This document shows, one piece after another, positions 37,071 through 46,873 of a DNA stretch of 64,000 nucleotides. Position numbers and translations under genes: made by a program. The notes under the pieces were generated by a model that was given only the letters and a program-made list of their open reading frames with translations, made no database searches and was not told where the DNA came from. Location of the stretch: IMG/VR virus record IMGVR_UViG_3300030616_000820; one strand, 5' to 3'. The stretch's first letter is position 1. Every line of letters starts with the position of its first letter. Source of the DNA: an uncultured virus (IMG/VR IMGVR_UViG_3300030616_000820) (taxonomy: Duplodnaviria > Heunggongvirae > Uroviricota > Caudoviricetes).

Positions 37071-38210
37071 ATGAGATATTGTAAAAAATGTGTAATGCCA
37101 GATACCCGACCAAATATATTATTTGATGAAGAAGGGGTTTGTTCTGCTTGTAAAAACTATGAAAATAGAAAAAACATAGATTGGGACAAAAGATGGAGAC
37201 AATTAGAAGCTGTTGCAGATAAATATAGAGGATGTAATGGAAATTATTATGATTGTATTATAACAGGAAGTGCAGGCAAGGATACATATTATCAAGTTCA
37301 TATTTTTAAGGAAGTATTAAAAATGAATCCATTGCTTTTATCTGTAAATAATTTTACTTGGACAAAAACAGGTAAAAGAAATTGGAAGAACCTTTTAAAT
37401 GAATTTGGGATTGATGCTGTGAGACTTACTCAAAACCCAAGAGCTTGCAAAAGAATGTTTGCAAAAGGATTAGAAAAAGGAGTTCCAACTTGGTATTTTG
37501 ATTTTGCAATTTATGCTTGGCCATTATATATGGCTACAAAATTAAAAATTCCTTTAGTTGTATATGGTGAAAATGTTAATTATGAATATGGTGGTATAAA
37601 TAAAGAAGACCAGCCTAGTGCATTAAATCAAATAAATAATGATGCAGTTAGACCCATACCGACAGAAGAATGGATAGATAATGAAATTGAAGAAAAAGAT
37701 TTTGCTTGTTGCAGATACCCAACAGAAGAAGAAATTAAAAATTCAAAATTAAATCCAATTTATTTAAGTTATTATGTTCCCTGGTCTGGTTATAAAAATA
37801 TGGAGTTTGCAAGAAATAGAGGATTTAGAACATTATCAGATACAAATGAATGGGAAAGAAAGGGATTTCTTGAACAATATGACCAAATAGACACAGTTGG
37901 ATATTTAGTTCATTCTTGGTTTAAATTTGTTAAATATGGACATTTTAGAGTTACCGATGTTGCAAGCATATGGATTAGAGAAGGAAGAATGACTAGAGAA
38001 GAAGCAGTTAAAAAAGTTATATCAGAAGATTGGAAGTTAGATAAAAAAATGTTAAAGGATTTTTTAATGTATATAGGTTATACAGAAGAAGAATTTTGGA
38101 AAATTGTTGAAAAACATGCAAATAGAAATATTATAGAAAAAAGAAACAACAATTGGAGACTTAAAGAAAATATTGTTGAAGCATTAAAGAAAGGTGGAAA
38201 AGCTGAGTAA
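37071..38210 (+). CDS. N-acetyl-sugar amidotransferase (WbuX/PseA family)
   Basis: YCKKCVMPDTRP, GVCSAC, SAGKD PP-loop, YGEN, KYG, IREGRMTREEA. Confidence 0.9.
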   Translation: MRYCKKCVMPDTRPNILFDEEGVCSACKNYENRKNIDWDKRWRQLEAVADKYRGCNGNYYDCIITGSAGKDTYYQVHIFKEVLKMNPLLLSVNNFTWTKTGKRNWKNLLNEFGIDAVRLTQNPRACKRMFAKGLEKGVPTWYFDFAIYAWPLYMATKLKIPLVVYGENVNYEYGGINKEDQPSALNQINNDAVRPIPTEEWIDNEIEEKDFACCRYPTEEEIKNSKLNPIYLSYYVPWSGYKNMEFARNRGFRTLSDTNEWERKGFLEQYDQIDTVGYLVHSWFKFVKYGHFRVTDVASIWIREGRMTREEAVKKVISEDWKLDKKMLKDFLMYIGYTEEEFWKIVEKHANRNIIEKRNNNWRLKENIVEALKKGGKAE

Positions 38211-39588
38211 TAAACAGAGAGTTCTTTTGGTAGTTCATGATGTTTACCAAGATGATAATGAATTACCTTTAGGACCTGCATACATAGCTTCTGTGCTAAG
38301 AAAGAACGATGTAGAGGTAGAAGTATACTCTATGGATGTTTTTCACTATACGAACAAGCAATTGGGTGAATATTTAGATAAAAGAGAATATGACCTAATT
38401 GGTGTTGGATTTATGGCTGCTAGATTCAAAGAAACTATTATTGACTTATGTAAAACAATTAATAAGCATAAAAAAAAGGCATGGCTTGTGCTTGGTGGTC
38501 ATGGTCCTTCTCCAATACCAGAATATATGTTTAAAACAACAAATGCAGATGTTGTAGTGGTTGGAGAATGTGAAAATATTATTATGGAAGTTTTAAATGA
38601 TAAACAAGAGAACAACAATAAAAGAGTTTATAGGGCAAAACCAGTAAAGCATTTAGATGAAATACCTTTTCCATCTTGGGATTTATTTCCAACTAAAATA
38701 TATGCAGATTCTTATAAATGGAAAGGAATGAATAATGAAGATAAAGCAATGGATATTTTATCTTCTAGAGGATGTGTAAATAGGTGTGCTTTTTGTTATA
38801 GAATGGAAAAAGGAATTAGAGTAAGAACAATACCTAACATTATAGAAGAAATGAAACTTTTAAACAATAGGTATAATGTTAATTATTTTTTATTTGAAGA
38901 TGAATTGTTTGTATTATCCAAAAAAAGATTAGAGGAATTTTACATTGCAGTTCAAAATGCAAATCTTGATATAAGATATGTATGTAATGCTAGAGTTACT
39001 CTTATTGATGAAGAATTGTTGCAACTAATGAAAGATAGTGGGTGTATTTTTATAAATTATGGATTTGAATCAATGAACCAAAAAGTTTTAGATGGAATGT
39101 ATAAAAATACAACTGTAGAACAAAATGAAAATGCTGCAAAGTTAACAAAACAATTCAACATTCCTTTTGGTCTTAATTTAATTTGGAATAATAAATATGA
39201 TACCCTAGAAACTTTAAAACAAGATAAGGAATTTATTATAAAACATAATCTATATGGACAATTAAGAACTATAAGACCAGTGACACCATATCCTGGTTGT
39301 GCTTTATATTATGAAGCAATAAATGAAGGATTATTAACTGGTCCAGATGATTTTTTTAATAGATTTCATAATTCTGATTTAATAACTGTTAACTTTACTG
39401 ATTTAGATGAAAAAACAATGTATAATGCATTATATAAAACAAACAAGGAATTAATTTATGACCATTATAAAAAAACAAATGGTAATATGAAGGAAGCAGA
39501 AGAAGGAATAGAAGGTTTTAGAAGACTATATTTTGAAGGAGATTATAAATTTAGAGGTGTAAGACATTATGATAAAAAAGATGAATAA
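38194..39588 (+). CDS. B12-binding radical SAM protein
   Basis: PLGPAYIAS, GGH, SRGCVNRCAFC, GFES, PYPG. Confidence 0.9.
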   Translation: MEKLSNKQRVLLVVHDVYQDDNELPLGPAYIASVLRKNDVEVEVYSMDVFHYTNKQLGEYLDKREYDLIGVGFMAARFKETIIDLCKTINKHKKKAWLVLGGHGPSPIPEYMFKTTNADVVVVGECENIIMEVLNDKQENNNKRVYRAKPVKHLDEIPFPSWDLFPTKIYADSYKWKGMNNEDKAMDILSSRGCVNRCAFCYRMEKGIRVRTIPNIIEEMKLLNNRYNVNYFLFEDELFVLSKKRLEEFYIAVQNANLDIRYVCNARVTLIDEELLQLMKDSGCIFINYGFESMNQKVLDGMYKNTTVEQNENAAKLTKQFNIPFGLNLIWNNKYDTLETLKQDKEFIIKHNLYGQLRTIRPVTPYPGCALYYEAINEGLLTGPDDFFNRFHNSDLITVNFTDLDEKTMYNALYKTNKELIYDHYKKTNGNMKEAEEGIEGFRRLYFEGDYKFRGVRHYDKKDE

Positions 39589-40213
39589 AATATTAGGTGT
39601 TATACCTGCTAGAGCCGGTTCAAGAGGCATACCAAATAAAAATAAAAAAATATGTGCAAGCAAACCTTTAATTCAATGGACAATTGACTCAAGTAAAAAA
39701 TCTAAATTACTTAATAATATTATCATTACGACAGATGACCCAGATATAATAAAAATAGCAAAAAAGAACAATATTAATGTTATAATAAGGCCACCCGAAT
39801 TAGCAACAGACGATTCTTTAATAGTTGACACTTTAAATTATATTTTAGATAAAATACCAGATACACATATTTTGGTTTTGTTACAACCAACTTCTCCAAT
39901 AAGAAATGATGGTTTGATAGATAAATGCATAAAAAAATTTTTAGATGGAAATTATGATTGTTTAGTAACAGGATATAATCATTGTAGAAAATATGAAAAA
40001 AGGGCCTTAAGAAGGCAGGAAATGAAACCTAATTTTTTTAATGATGGTAATGTTTTTGTTTTTAAACCTGAGAAAATTAGAGAAGGAAAAACAGTTTGTA
40101 AAAATTATGGTAAGGTATATACATCAAAAGAAGAAAATGTTGACATAGATGATGAATTTGATTTTTGGTTGGCAGAAAAAATATTGGAGAAAAAATATGT
40201 TAAAAAAAGTTAA
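39569..40213 (+). CDS. CMP-nonulosonate synthetase (NeuA family) 3
   Basis: IPARAGSRGIPNKN, QPTSPIR, DIDDEFDF. Confidence 0.92.
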   Translation: MIKKMNKILGVIPARAGSRGIPNKNKKICASKPLIQWTIDSSKKSKLLNNIIITTDDPDIIKIAKKNNINVIIRPPELATDDSLIVDTLNYILDKIPDTHILVLLQPTSPIRNDGLIDKCIKKFLDGNYDCLVTGYNHCRKYEKRALRRQEMKPNFFNDGNVFVFKPEKIREGKTVCKNYGKVYTSKEENVDIDDEFDFWLAEKILEKKYVKKS

Positions 40214-40526
40214 GAAAGCTTGGGGTTCAGAAGAATGGATAGTTAATAATGAACACTACTGTGGTAAAATTCTCAATTTAAAGAAGGGGTATAGGTGTTC
40301 TTTGCATTATCATAAATTAAAAGATGAAACCTTTTATATTTTAGAAGGAATTGTAAAAATGGAAGTTGGTGATAGAGAATTAATAATGAAACCAAAAGAA
40401 AGCATACATATTTTACCAGGCATGTCTCATAGATTTACAGGCCTAAAGGATAGTAAGATTATAGAATTTTCTACTCAACATTTTGAAGAAGATAGTTATA
40501 GAAAGATTTTAAGTGGTAAGGTGTAA
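40149..40526 (+). CDS. Cupin (sugar isomerase-like)
   Basis: KAWGSEEW, SLHYH-x-x-KDETF, HRF, EFST; likely start at ATG 40197. Confidence 0.85.
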   Translation: MMNLIFGWQKKYWRKNMLKKVKKAWGSEEWIVNNEHYCGKILNLKKGYRCSLHYHKLKDETFYILEGIVKMEVGDRELIMKPKESIHILPGMSHRFTGLKDSKIIEFSTQHFEEDSYRKILSGKV

Positions 40527-41358
40527 AATGAAATTTTATTTATCTAGTTTTAATAGAGCTACAGATGGTGCATTATCAAAATTAATATCAAAATTAAAAG
40601 ATAAAGATATGTATACAAAAAATTACAAAGATGCTGATTATATTGTGGCAATTGCAGACCGCACTGAAACCTTTGATTTTATAGTAGAACAATTTAAAGA
40701 GAATAGAAAGATAATTCATTTATGGGCAGGAGAGAAATCATCTTGGGCAACTCATGATGACGTATGGCGACATAGTATGACATTAATGTCTATGATGCAA
40801 CTTTGTACAAATTGGTCTGCAAAAGTAAGAGTAGAAAGGCTTTGTAAATCAGTAGGTAAAACATCAAATGTACATATTATTGGAAATATTTTTTATGATA
40901 ATTTAGAGTTTGATGATAGTAAAGTTCCAAATGAACCTTATGATTTAATATTATATAATCCACCAACTAGATTTACAAAAAAAGAAGTTTTAGAAGAATT
41001 GAAAACAATAAAAGATATTTTAGATAAATCAAATAAAAAATATGTTTGGATTGAACCCAATGGAGATATGTTTAGTGGGTTGGTTTCAAAATATGTAACT
41101 CATTTTACATTTCCAAGACCTCAGTTTTTAAGTTTAATGAAAAATTGTGATAAATTTATAACCAATTCATCTTGTCAATATTTTGAAGGTAGTTTACTTT
41201 TAAAACCTAAACAAATTATTTCTATTGGAAAAAGAAACATAACAAGAGAAAGTAAATATTCAGATATGAAAATAAAAAATGCGTCTGATAATATTATAAA
41301 ATTATTTGAGGAATTGAAAAATGAAAATACCGTTATTCAAGATAGACTGGACATATGA
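40513..41358 (+). CDS. Short NeuC-like UDP-GlcNAc 2-epimerase
   Basis: NRA-x-DG, DRTE, HLWAGE, DD-x-x-RH, NSS, IG-x-RN-x-x-RE; about 100 aa shorter than typical. Confidence 0.75.
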   Translation: MVRCKMKFYLSSFNRATDGALSKLISKLKDKDMYTKNYKDADYIVAIADRTETFDFIVEQFKENRKIIHLWAGEKSSWATHDDVWRHSMTLMSMMQLCTNWSAKVRVERLCKSVGKTSNVHIIGNIFYDNLEFDDSKVPNEPYDLILYNPPTRFTKKEVLEELKTIKDILDKSNKKYVWIEPNGDMFSGLVSKYVTHFTFPRPQFLSLMKNCDKFITNSSCQYFEGSLLLKPKQIISIGKRNITRESKYSDMKIKNASDNIIKLFEELKNENTVIQDRLDI

Positions 41359-42415
41359 AGACATAACTGAAATAACAAAAGTTATACAAAGAGGAAAGTA
41401 CTGGGCCACTGGTGAAGAAATAGAAGATTTTGAAGAAGCAGTAGCATATAAAATTGGCATGAATTATGCAGTTGCTTGTAACTCTGGAACTTCTGGTTTA
41501 CATTTATCTTTAATAGCATCAGGAATTAAAAAAGGAGATGAAGTAATTGTTCCATCATATACTTTTATATCAACAGTTAATTCCATAAGATTTGTTGGTG
41601 CAAAACCCATATTTGCAGATATAGAAAGAAAAACTTTTGGTTTACATTTAGAAGACGTTAAAAAGAAAATAACAAAGAAAACAAAAGCAATTATTTTAGT
41701 TCATTATGGTGGTTGTCCTGCCTTTTTTACAGAAGAAATTAAAAAATTATGTAAAGAAAAAAACATAAAATTAATTGAGGATGCTGCTGCTGCGTTAACA
41801 GCAAAAATAAATAGTCATAATGCAGGAACCTTTGGAGATTTTGGAGTTTTTAGTTTTTGTCAAAATAAACCAATAACTTCTGGAGAAGGAGGAATGATTG
41901 TTACAAATTCAAAAGAAGATTACAAAAAATTAAAACTTTTAGTTTCTCATGGTAAACAAGGAGACAACTATGTTTCATTAGGATATAATTTTAGAATGTC
42001 TTCTATTAATGCAGCATTAGGTCTTTCACAGTTTAGAAGAATTGATTCTTTGGTAATTAAAAGAAGAAAAATTGCAAATGAATATTATTCTAAATTTCAT
42101 TATTTAAAAGAGATGACACCATTTAAAGAACCACCTAGTTTTTATTCAACATATTGGATATACCCAATAACAGTTAAAAAAGAAATTAAAAAACCCTTAA
42201 TGAATTATTTAATTGAAAATAAAATATTTACAAAATCATATTATATGCCAGTTCATCTAACAAAATATTATTCAGATAATATTAAATTACCTGCAACTGA
42301 AAACACCTACAACTCTTCTTTTTGTTTACCTATATATCCAACTTTAACAAATGATGAAGTAAATTATATTAAAGATAAAGTATGTAAATTTTTTAATGGA
42401 GAGATAAAATGTTAG
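41321..42415 (+). CDS. DegT/DnrJ/EryC1/StrS sugar aminotransferase
   Basis: NSGTSGLH, EDAA, FSFCQNKPITSGEGG, GYNFRM. Confidence 0.92.
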   Translation: MKIPLFKIDWTYEDITEITKVIQRGKYWATGEEIEDFEEAVAYKIGMNYAVACNSGTSGLHLSLIASGIKKGDEVIVPSYTFISTVNSIRFVGAKPIFADIERKTFGLHLEDVKKKITKKTKAIILVHYGGCPAFFTEEIKKLCKEKNIKLIEDAAAALTAKINSHNAGTFGDFGVFSFCQNKPITSGEGGMIVTNSKEDYKKLKLLVSHGKQGDNYVSLGYNFRMSSINAALGLSQFRRIDSLVIKRRKIANEYYSKFHYLKEMTPFKEPPSFYSTYWIYPITVKKEIKKPLMNYLIENKIFTKSYYMPVHLTKYYSDNIKLPATENTYNSSFCLPIYPTLTNDEVNYIKDKVCKFFNGEIKC

Positions 42416-42855
42416 TGGAAATTTTAGAATTTTTACAAAGTATGTCAATGATAATATTGCCAATGTATTTGGTTGTTTTAGTATTGTTTTTAATAAAAGA
42501 CTTTTCTGTAAAAAATGTAATGAATCCTTTAAAATCAATTAAGGGAACAATATGTACGGCAATTACTTTTACTATATGTTTTACTGTGGTCATTCTATCT
42601 TTGATTTCAATATATTCTGTTGCAATTATTTGGGAAAACTATGAAATAGAAGAAGGAGAAACGGTTGCTCCTTTAGTAAAAGAAGTTTGTTATTTTTCAG
42701 TTATATTCATATCACAATTAATAGGAGTTGTTTTAATAAATTTCTTTTGGAATAATATCTATCGGAAACAAATTATTCCTGGTGAAGGAACATTAAAAAA
42801 AAGAATAAAAAAAATATGGGGAGAGATAAAAAAAGATGTTAGAAGTAAAAGATAA
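42409..42855 (+). CDS. Membrane protein (3 TM)
   Basis: Three hydrophobic segments. Confidence 0.6.
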   Translation: MLVEILEFLQSMSMIILPMYLVVLVLFLIKDFSVKNVMNPLKSIKGTICTAITFTICFTVVILSLISIYSVAIIWENYEIEEGETVAPLVKEVCYFSVIFISQLIGVVLINFFWNNIYRKQIIPGEGTLKKRIKKIWGEIKKDVRSKR

Positions 42856-43780
42856 AACAATACTTGTTACCGGTGGTGCAGGTTTTATTGGAACTGCTAT
42901 TACAAAGCTATTGTTAGAAAAAGGAGCAAATGTAAGAACACTTGATTTGACAGATAAAGTAAATTTAATTGGTTATGATAATTTATCTGTCTATAAAGGT
43001 AGTGTAATGGATAATGATAATGTTACAATAGCAATTACTGGTTGTGATTATGTTGTTCATTTAGCTGCAATGCTTGGTGTTAAGAACACAGAAGAAAAAA
43101 GATTGAGAACATTAAATACAAATATACAGGGAATTAAAAATATTTTAGATGAATCAGTAAAGGCAAAGGTTAAGAAAATTATTTTTTCTTCATCTTCAGA
43201 AGTATATGGAGACCAACCAACACCAATTAAAGAAAATACACCATTAAATCCAAAGTCGATTTATGCAGTAACAAAGTTGGTTGGTGAAGAATATTTAAAA
43301 GCATACAAAAAAGTATATGGTCTTGATTATACTATTGTAAGATACTTTAATGCTTATGGGCCAAGACAAAAAAATAATTTTGCAATGAGTGGATTTATTG
43401 AACAAACCCTTAGAAATCAAAGTCCAACATTATATGGTAGTGGTAAACAAGTAAGGTCTTTTTGTTACATAGATGATATTGTTAATGGAACTTATTTAGC
43501 ACTTACAAATGAAAAAGCAAACTCTGGAATTTTTAATATAGGAAATCCAACAGAACCTATAACTATAGAAAAATTGGCTAAAAAAATAATATCTATTTAT
43601 GGGACAAAATTAAAACCAAAGCATATAAATTTAGATAAATCAGATAGAGATAAAAAAAGAGAAATTTATAACAGAATACCAGACATTTCAAAGGCAAAAA
43701 ATAAATTAAAATATAAACCTAAAATAAAGCTAGAAGATGGAATTAAAAAAACAATTAAATGGTGGGAAGGACAAATATGA
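42836..43780 (+). CDS. NAD-dependent NDP-sugar epimerase/dehydratase
   Basis: TGGAGFIG, SSSEVYG, YAVTK, RYFNAYGPRQ. Confidence 0.93.
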   Translation: MLEVKDKTILVTGGAGFIGTAITKLLLEKGANVRTLDLTDKVNLIGYDNLSVYKGSVMDNDNVTIAITGCDYVVHLAAMLGVKNTEEKRLRTLNTNIQGIKNILDESVKAKVKKIIFSSSSEVYGDQPTPIKENTPLNPKSIYAVTKLVGEEYLKAYKKVYGLDYTIVRYFNAYGPRQKNNFAMSGFIEQTLRNQSPTLYGSGKQVRSFCYIDDIVNGTYLALTNEKANSGIFNIGNPTEPITIEKLAKKIISIYGTKLKPKHINLDKSDRDKKREIYNRIPDISKAKNKLKYKPKIKLEDGIKKTIKWWEGQI

Positions 43781-44514
43781 ATATTGTTATTGTTGGTAAA
43801 GGACAAATCGGTAGTAATATTGAAAAAAAAATGAAGGAAAAAAATTTAGATAATATATACACAATAGATATTAATAAATCTAAAAAACCAAATTATTTAT
43901 CTTTAAGTGAATATTATAAAGATAGAGGGTTGGCAGATGTATATATTATATGTGTTTTAACTCAAAGTCAATTGATAGATGTAGCCAAACAAATAGAGCT
44001 AGATAATAAACCTTTAATAAGTATTGAAACTGCTTGTGACCCAGATTCATATGATAAAGTAAAACAAATAGTTAAAGACAAAGCAGATGTAATTGTATTT
44101 CAAGAAAGATGGAACCCAAATGATATGTTTCATTCAGTGTTTAATCAACCAAGAGTAATGGGTGGTGATTATGATAGAGGACGTGATTTTTATTGTAGAT
44201 ATATGATGTATGAAAATATTGTAGTTACCGACAAACCAGAGTTGGCTGTTTTATGTAAAGTTGTAGAGAATGCTTATAGATATATAGAAATAGCAATTGC
44301 AGAAGAATTAAAAATGTTGACTGATAAAGATTTTGATGAACTTAGAAGACTAATAAATACAAAATGGAACATAGATATAAAACAGGCAAGAAACGGCATT
44401 GGTGGGCATTGTTTACCTAAAGATGTGAAAATAGTGGATGGATATTTTAAAGACAACTTAATTTTTAAAACAGCAATGGAAATTGATAAAAAATATAAGG
44501 AGAAAGTAAAGTGA
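43759..44514 (+). CDS. Truncated UDP-sugar 6-dehydrogenase (WecC/UDPGDH family)
   Basis: GKGQIG, ER, KVVENAYR, GIGGHCLPKD; C-terminal UDP-binding domain absent. Confidence 0.8.
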   Translation: MVGRTNMNIVIVGKGQIGSNIEKKMKEKNLDNIYTIDINKSKKPNYLSLSEYYKDRGLADVYIICVLTQSQLIDVAKQIELDNKPLISIETACDPDSYDKVKQIVKDKADVIVFQERWNPNDMFHSVFNQPRVMGGDYDRGRDFYCRYMMYENIVVTDKPELAVLCKVVENAYRYIEIAIAEELKMLTDKDFDELRRLINTKWNIDIKQARNGIGGHCLPKDVKIVDGYFKDNLIFKTAMEIDKKYKEKVK

Positions 44515-44858
44515 AAGAGGAAAGATTTAAAGATTGGAAACTACCAAAATTTGATAGTAATGGTTGGACCATATATGGATGGAGATGCCAAAATCCTGAA
44601 GGATTAAAAATGGGTAATAAAGTAGACATTGGTTGTTTCACATATATGAATGCTAAATACGGAATAGAAATTGGGGATAATGTACAGATAGGTCCACATT
44701 GCACAATACATACCGACAATACAGAAAACGATACCCATGAAAAAATAATAATAGGTAAGAATTCTCTAATAGGTTCATATACTCTTATACTACCAGGAGC
44801 AATAATACCACCAAACAGTAAGATAAAAGCTAGGAGTATAATAAAAGGAAATAAATAA
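44511..44858 (+). CDS. Hexapeptide-repeat (LbH) acyltransferase
   Basis: IEIGDNVQIGPHC, IIGKNSLIG. Confidence 0.82.
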   Translation: MKEERFKDWKLPKFDSNGWTIYGWRCQNPEGLKMGNKVDIGCFTYMNAKYGIEIGDNVQIGPHCTIHTDNTENDTHEKIIIGKNSLIGSYTLILPGAIIPPNSKIKARSIIKGNK

Positions 44859-45875
44859 ATGACAATATTTTTTATTAATTCTCCTGCAGAAGCAATACAT
44901 AGTGCTTTACCAATGATAAAAGAAAAGAAAATAGATGACTTAACAATTGTTACAACTAAAGATATGAAACATTTTTTTGAACAAAAAACAAATGGTAAAG
45001 TTATAGTTCCGGAAGTTCATCCTAATCTCATAACAAAAAAAACAAAACGCAAATTAATTTCAAATGCAATTAAAAGCAAGTTTGAATATAAAAGACTTTT
45101 TAAAAACATAGAAAATGAGGAAATTTATTTATTCTTTACTTCTTGGTCAGTAGTTCATATGAGTTATGTTAAAAAGTTATCTAAAAAAAATAAAATATAT
45201 TTATGTCATGAAGATTATATAACAGGTATATATGATGAAAGTAAAAATATAAGTTCTTTTTTTATGAGATTGGCTGCAAAAATACTTTTAAACATAGATG
45301 TTAAAATACTTATTTGGGAAGGAACACCAGTATGGGAATTAAAAAAGAATTCGTTTCCAATGGAAATCATTTCTTATGATAAATTTAATAATAAGTTACC
45401 AAAAGAATTTATGGAAGATATAAAAGATATAAAAGATAAAGATATGCTTTTTTTAGCTGGATTTCTAGGAGAACAGTTTAATGTAGATTATGATGAAAGT
45501 AAAGAAAATATAGAATTTGTGAATGAATTGGTTGATATTTTTGATAATTTGTTTGGCAATAAATATGTTATAAAAGGACACCCAAGAGATGGAAAACTAT
45601 ATGGTAAAATGAAAGAATCTAAAAACATATTACCAGAACATTATCTAGCTGAAACATTGTTTGGTCATAAATGGAAATATATAATTGGTTTTAAAACAGA
45701 AGCATTGGCATCTGCAGCATTGCATACAAATGCAAAAGTAATATCTCTTATAAATTTATATGATTGGAATGATTATATTACTAAAAAATGGTATGTCAAT
45801 GTATTTAACAAAAGTAATGTTTTAATGCCAAAAACATTAGATGAATTTAAAGAAATGTTAGGTGTTGATAAATGA
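44859..45875 (+). CDS. Putative sialyl/nonulosonyl-transferase (GT-B, HP motif)
   Basis: YVIKGHPR, AE, VISL patterns as in bacterial sialyltransferase-like families; next to flippase. Confidence 0.6.
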   Translation: MTIFFINSPAEAIHSALPMIKEKKIDDLTIVTTKDMKHFFEQKTNGKVIVPEVHPNLITKKTKRKLISNAIKSKFEYKRLFKNIENEEIYLFFTSWSVVHMSYVKKLSKKNKIYLCHEDYITGIYDESKNISSFFMRLAAKILLNIDVKILIWEGTPVWELKKNSFPMEIISYDKFNNKLPKEFMEDIKDIKDKDMLFLAGFLGEQFNVDYDESKENIEFVNELVDIFDNLFGNKYVIKGHPRDGKLYGKMKESKNILPEHYLAETLFGHKWKYIIGFKTEALASAALHTNAKVISLINLYDWNDYITKKWYVNVFNKSNVLMPKTLDEFKEMLGVDK

Positions 45876-46873
45876 CTTTGTTTTTTGTAATTTCTCCGTA
45901 TGCAGTTACACATCAAGTTCTTCCATTGTTGAAAGAAAGAAAATTTCAAAAGTTAACAATTGTTACTACTGAAGGACTTGCACCATTTTTTAAAGGTCTA
46001 AACATTAAAACTATAACATCATCTGTTAATATAAATTTGTTTGATAGAAAATCAAAAAGGAAATTTCTATCTAACATAATAAAGGCAAATAAAGAATACA
46101 AACTTTTGTTTGAAGGATTAAACAATGAAGAAATCTATTTGTTTTTTTCTTCTTGGGCTGTGGTTTATTTTAGTTATATTGCAAAGTTATCAAAAAATAA
46201 CAGGATATATCTTTATGAAACTCCACAGTCAAAAGAAATTATTTACAAAAAAGCAAAAGGGGTCAGGGCATTTTTAATGAAACATATAGCAAAATTATTC
46301 TTAAAAGTTGATACAGAAATATATCATATGGGGATGACATTAGCATATGTTTTAAAAAGGGAATCTTATCCAATAAAAACTGTTACATATGATAAATTTA
46401 ATTCTAGTATATCTGATATTTTTATTGATGAGCCTAAACTTAAAGGTAAGGATATTTTATTTTTAGGTGAAGAAGTAGAAAACGAAGGTGCAAATTTAGA
46501 AGATGTAATAAAGACTACAAACTTTTTATATAATTTATTTAAAAAATATCATAAGGATTCATATGTCATAAAAGGTCATCCATATAATGGCATTATATAT
46601 GGTAAGATGTCTAATTCTAAAAGTATAATTTCAAATAAGTCAATAGCCGAGCCATTGTTAGGTCATAAGTGGAAATTTATAATTAGTTATTATTCTGAAT
46701 TTCTATTAACTGCAAAGAAGAATTCAAAGGCAAAAGTAATTTCATTGTTGTATTTATGGAAATGGAGAGATTTAAAAGAAAAAAAATATTGGGTGGATGT
46801 TTTTGGTAATGCTGATATTTTAATGCCAAAGTCATTATCAGAACTTGAGGAGATATTAATGAATGATTGCTAG
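45872..46873 (+). CDS. Putative sialyl/nonulosonyl-transferase, tandem paralog
   Basis: Shares NEEIYLFF-SW-VV, YDKFN, YVIKGHP, GHKWK, AKVISL and LMPK with 44859. Confidence 0.6.
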   Translation: MTLFFVISPYAVTHQVLPLLKERKFQKLTIVTTEGLAPFFKGLNIKTITSSVNINLFDRKSKRKFLSNIIKANKEYKLLFEGLNNEEIYLFFSSWAVVYFSYIAKLSKNNRIYLYETPQSKEIIYKKAKGVRAFLMKHIAKLFLKVDTEIYHMGMTLAYVLKRESYPIKTVTYDKFNSSISDIFIDEPKLKGKDILFLGEEVENEGANLEDVIKTTNFLYNLFKKYHKDSYVIKGHPYNGIIYGKMSNSKSIISNKSIAEPLLGHKWKFIISYYSEFLLTAKKNSKAKVISLLYLWKWRDLKEKKYWVDVFGNADILMPKSLSELEEILMNDC

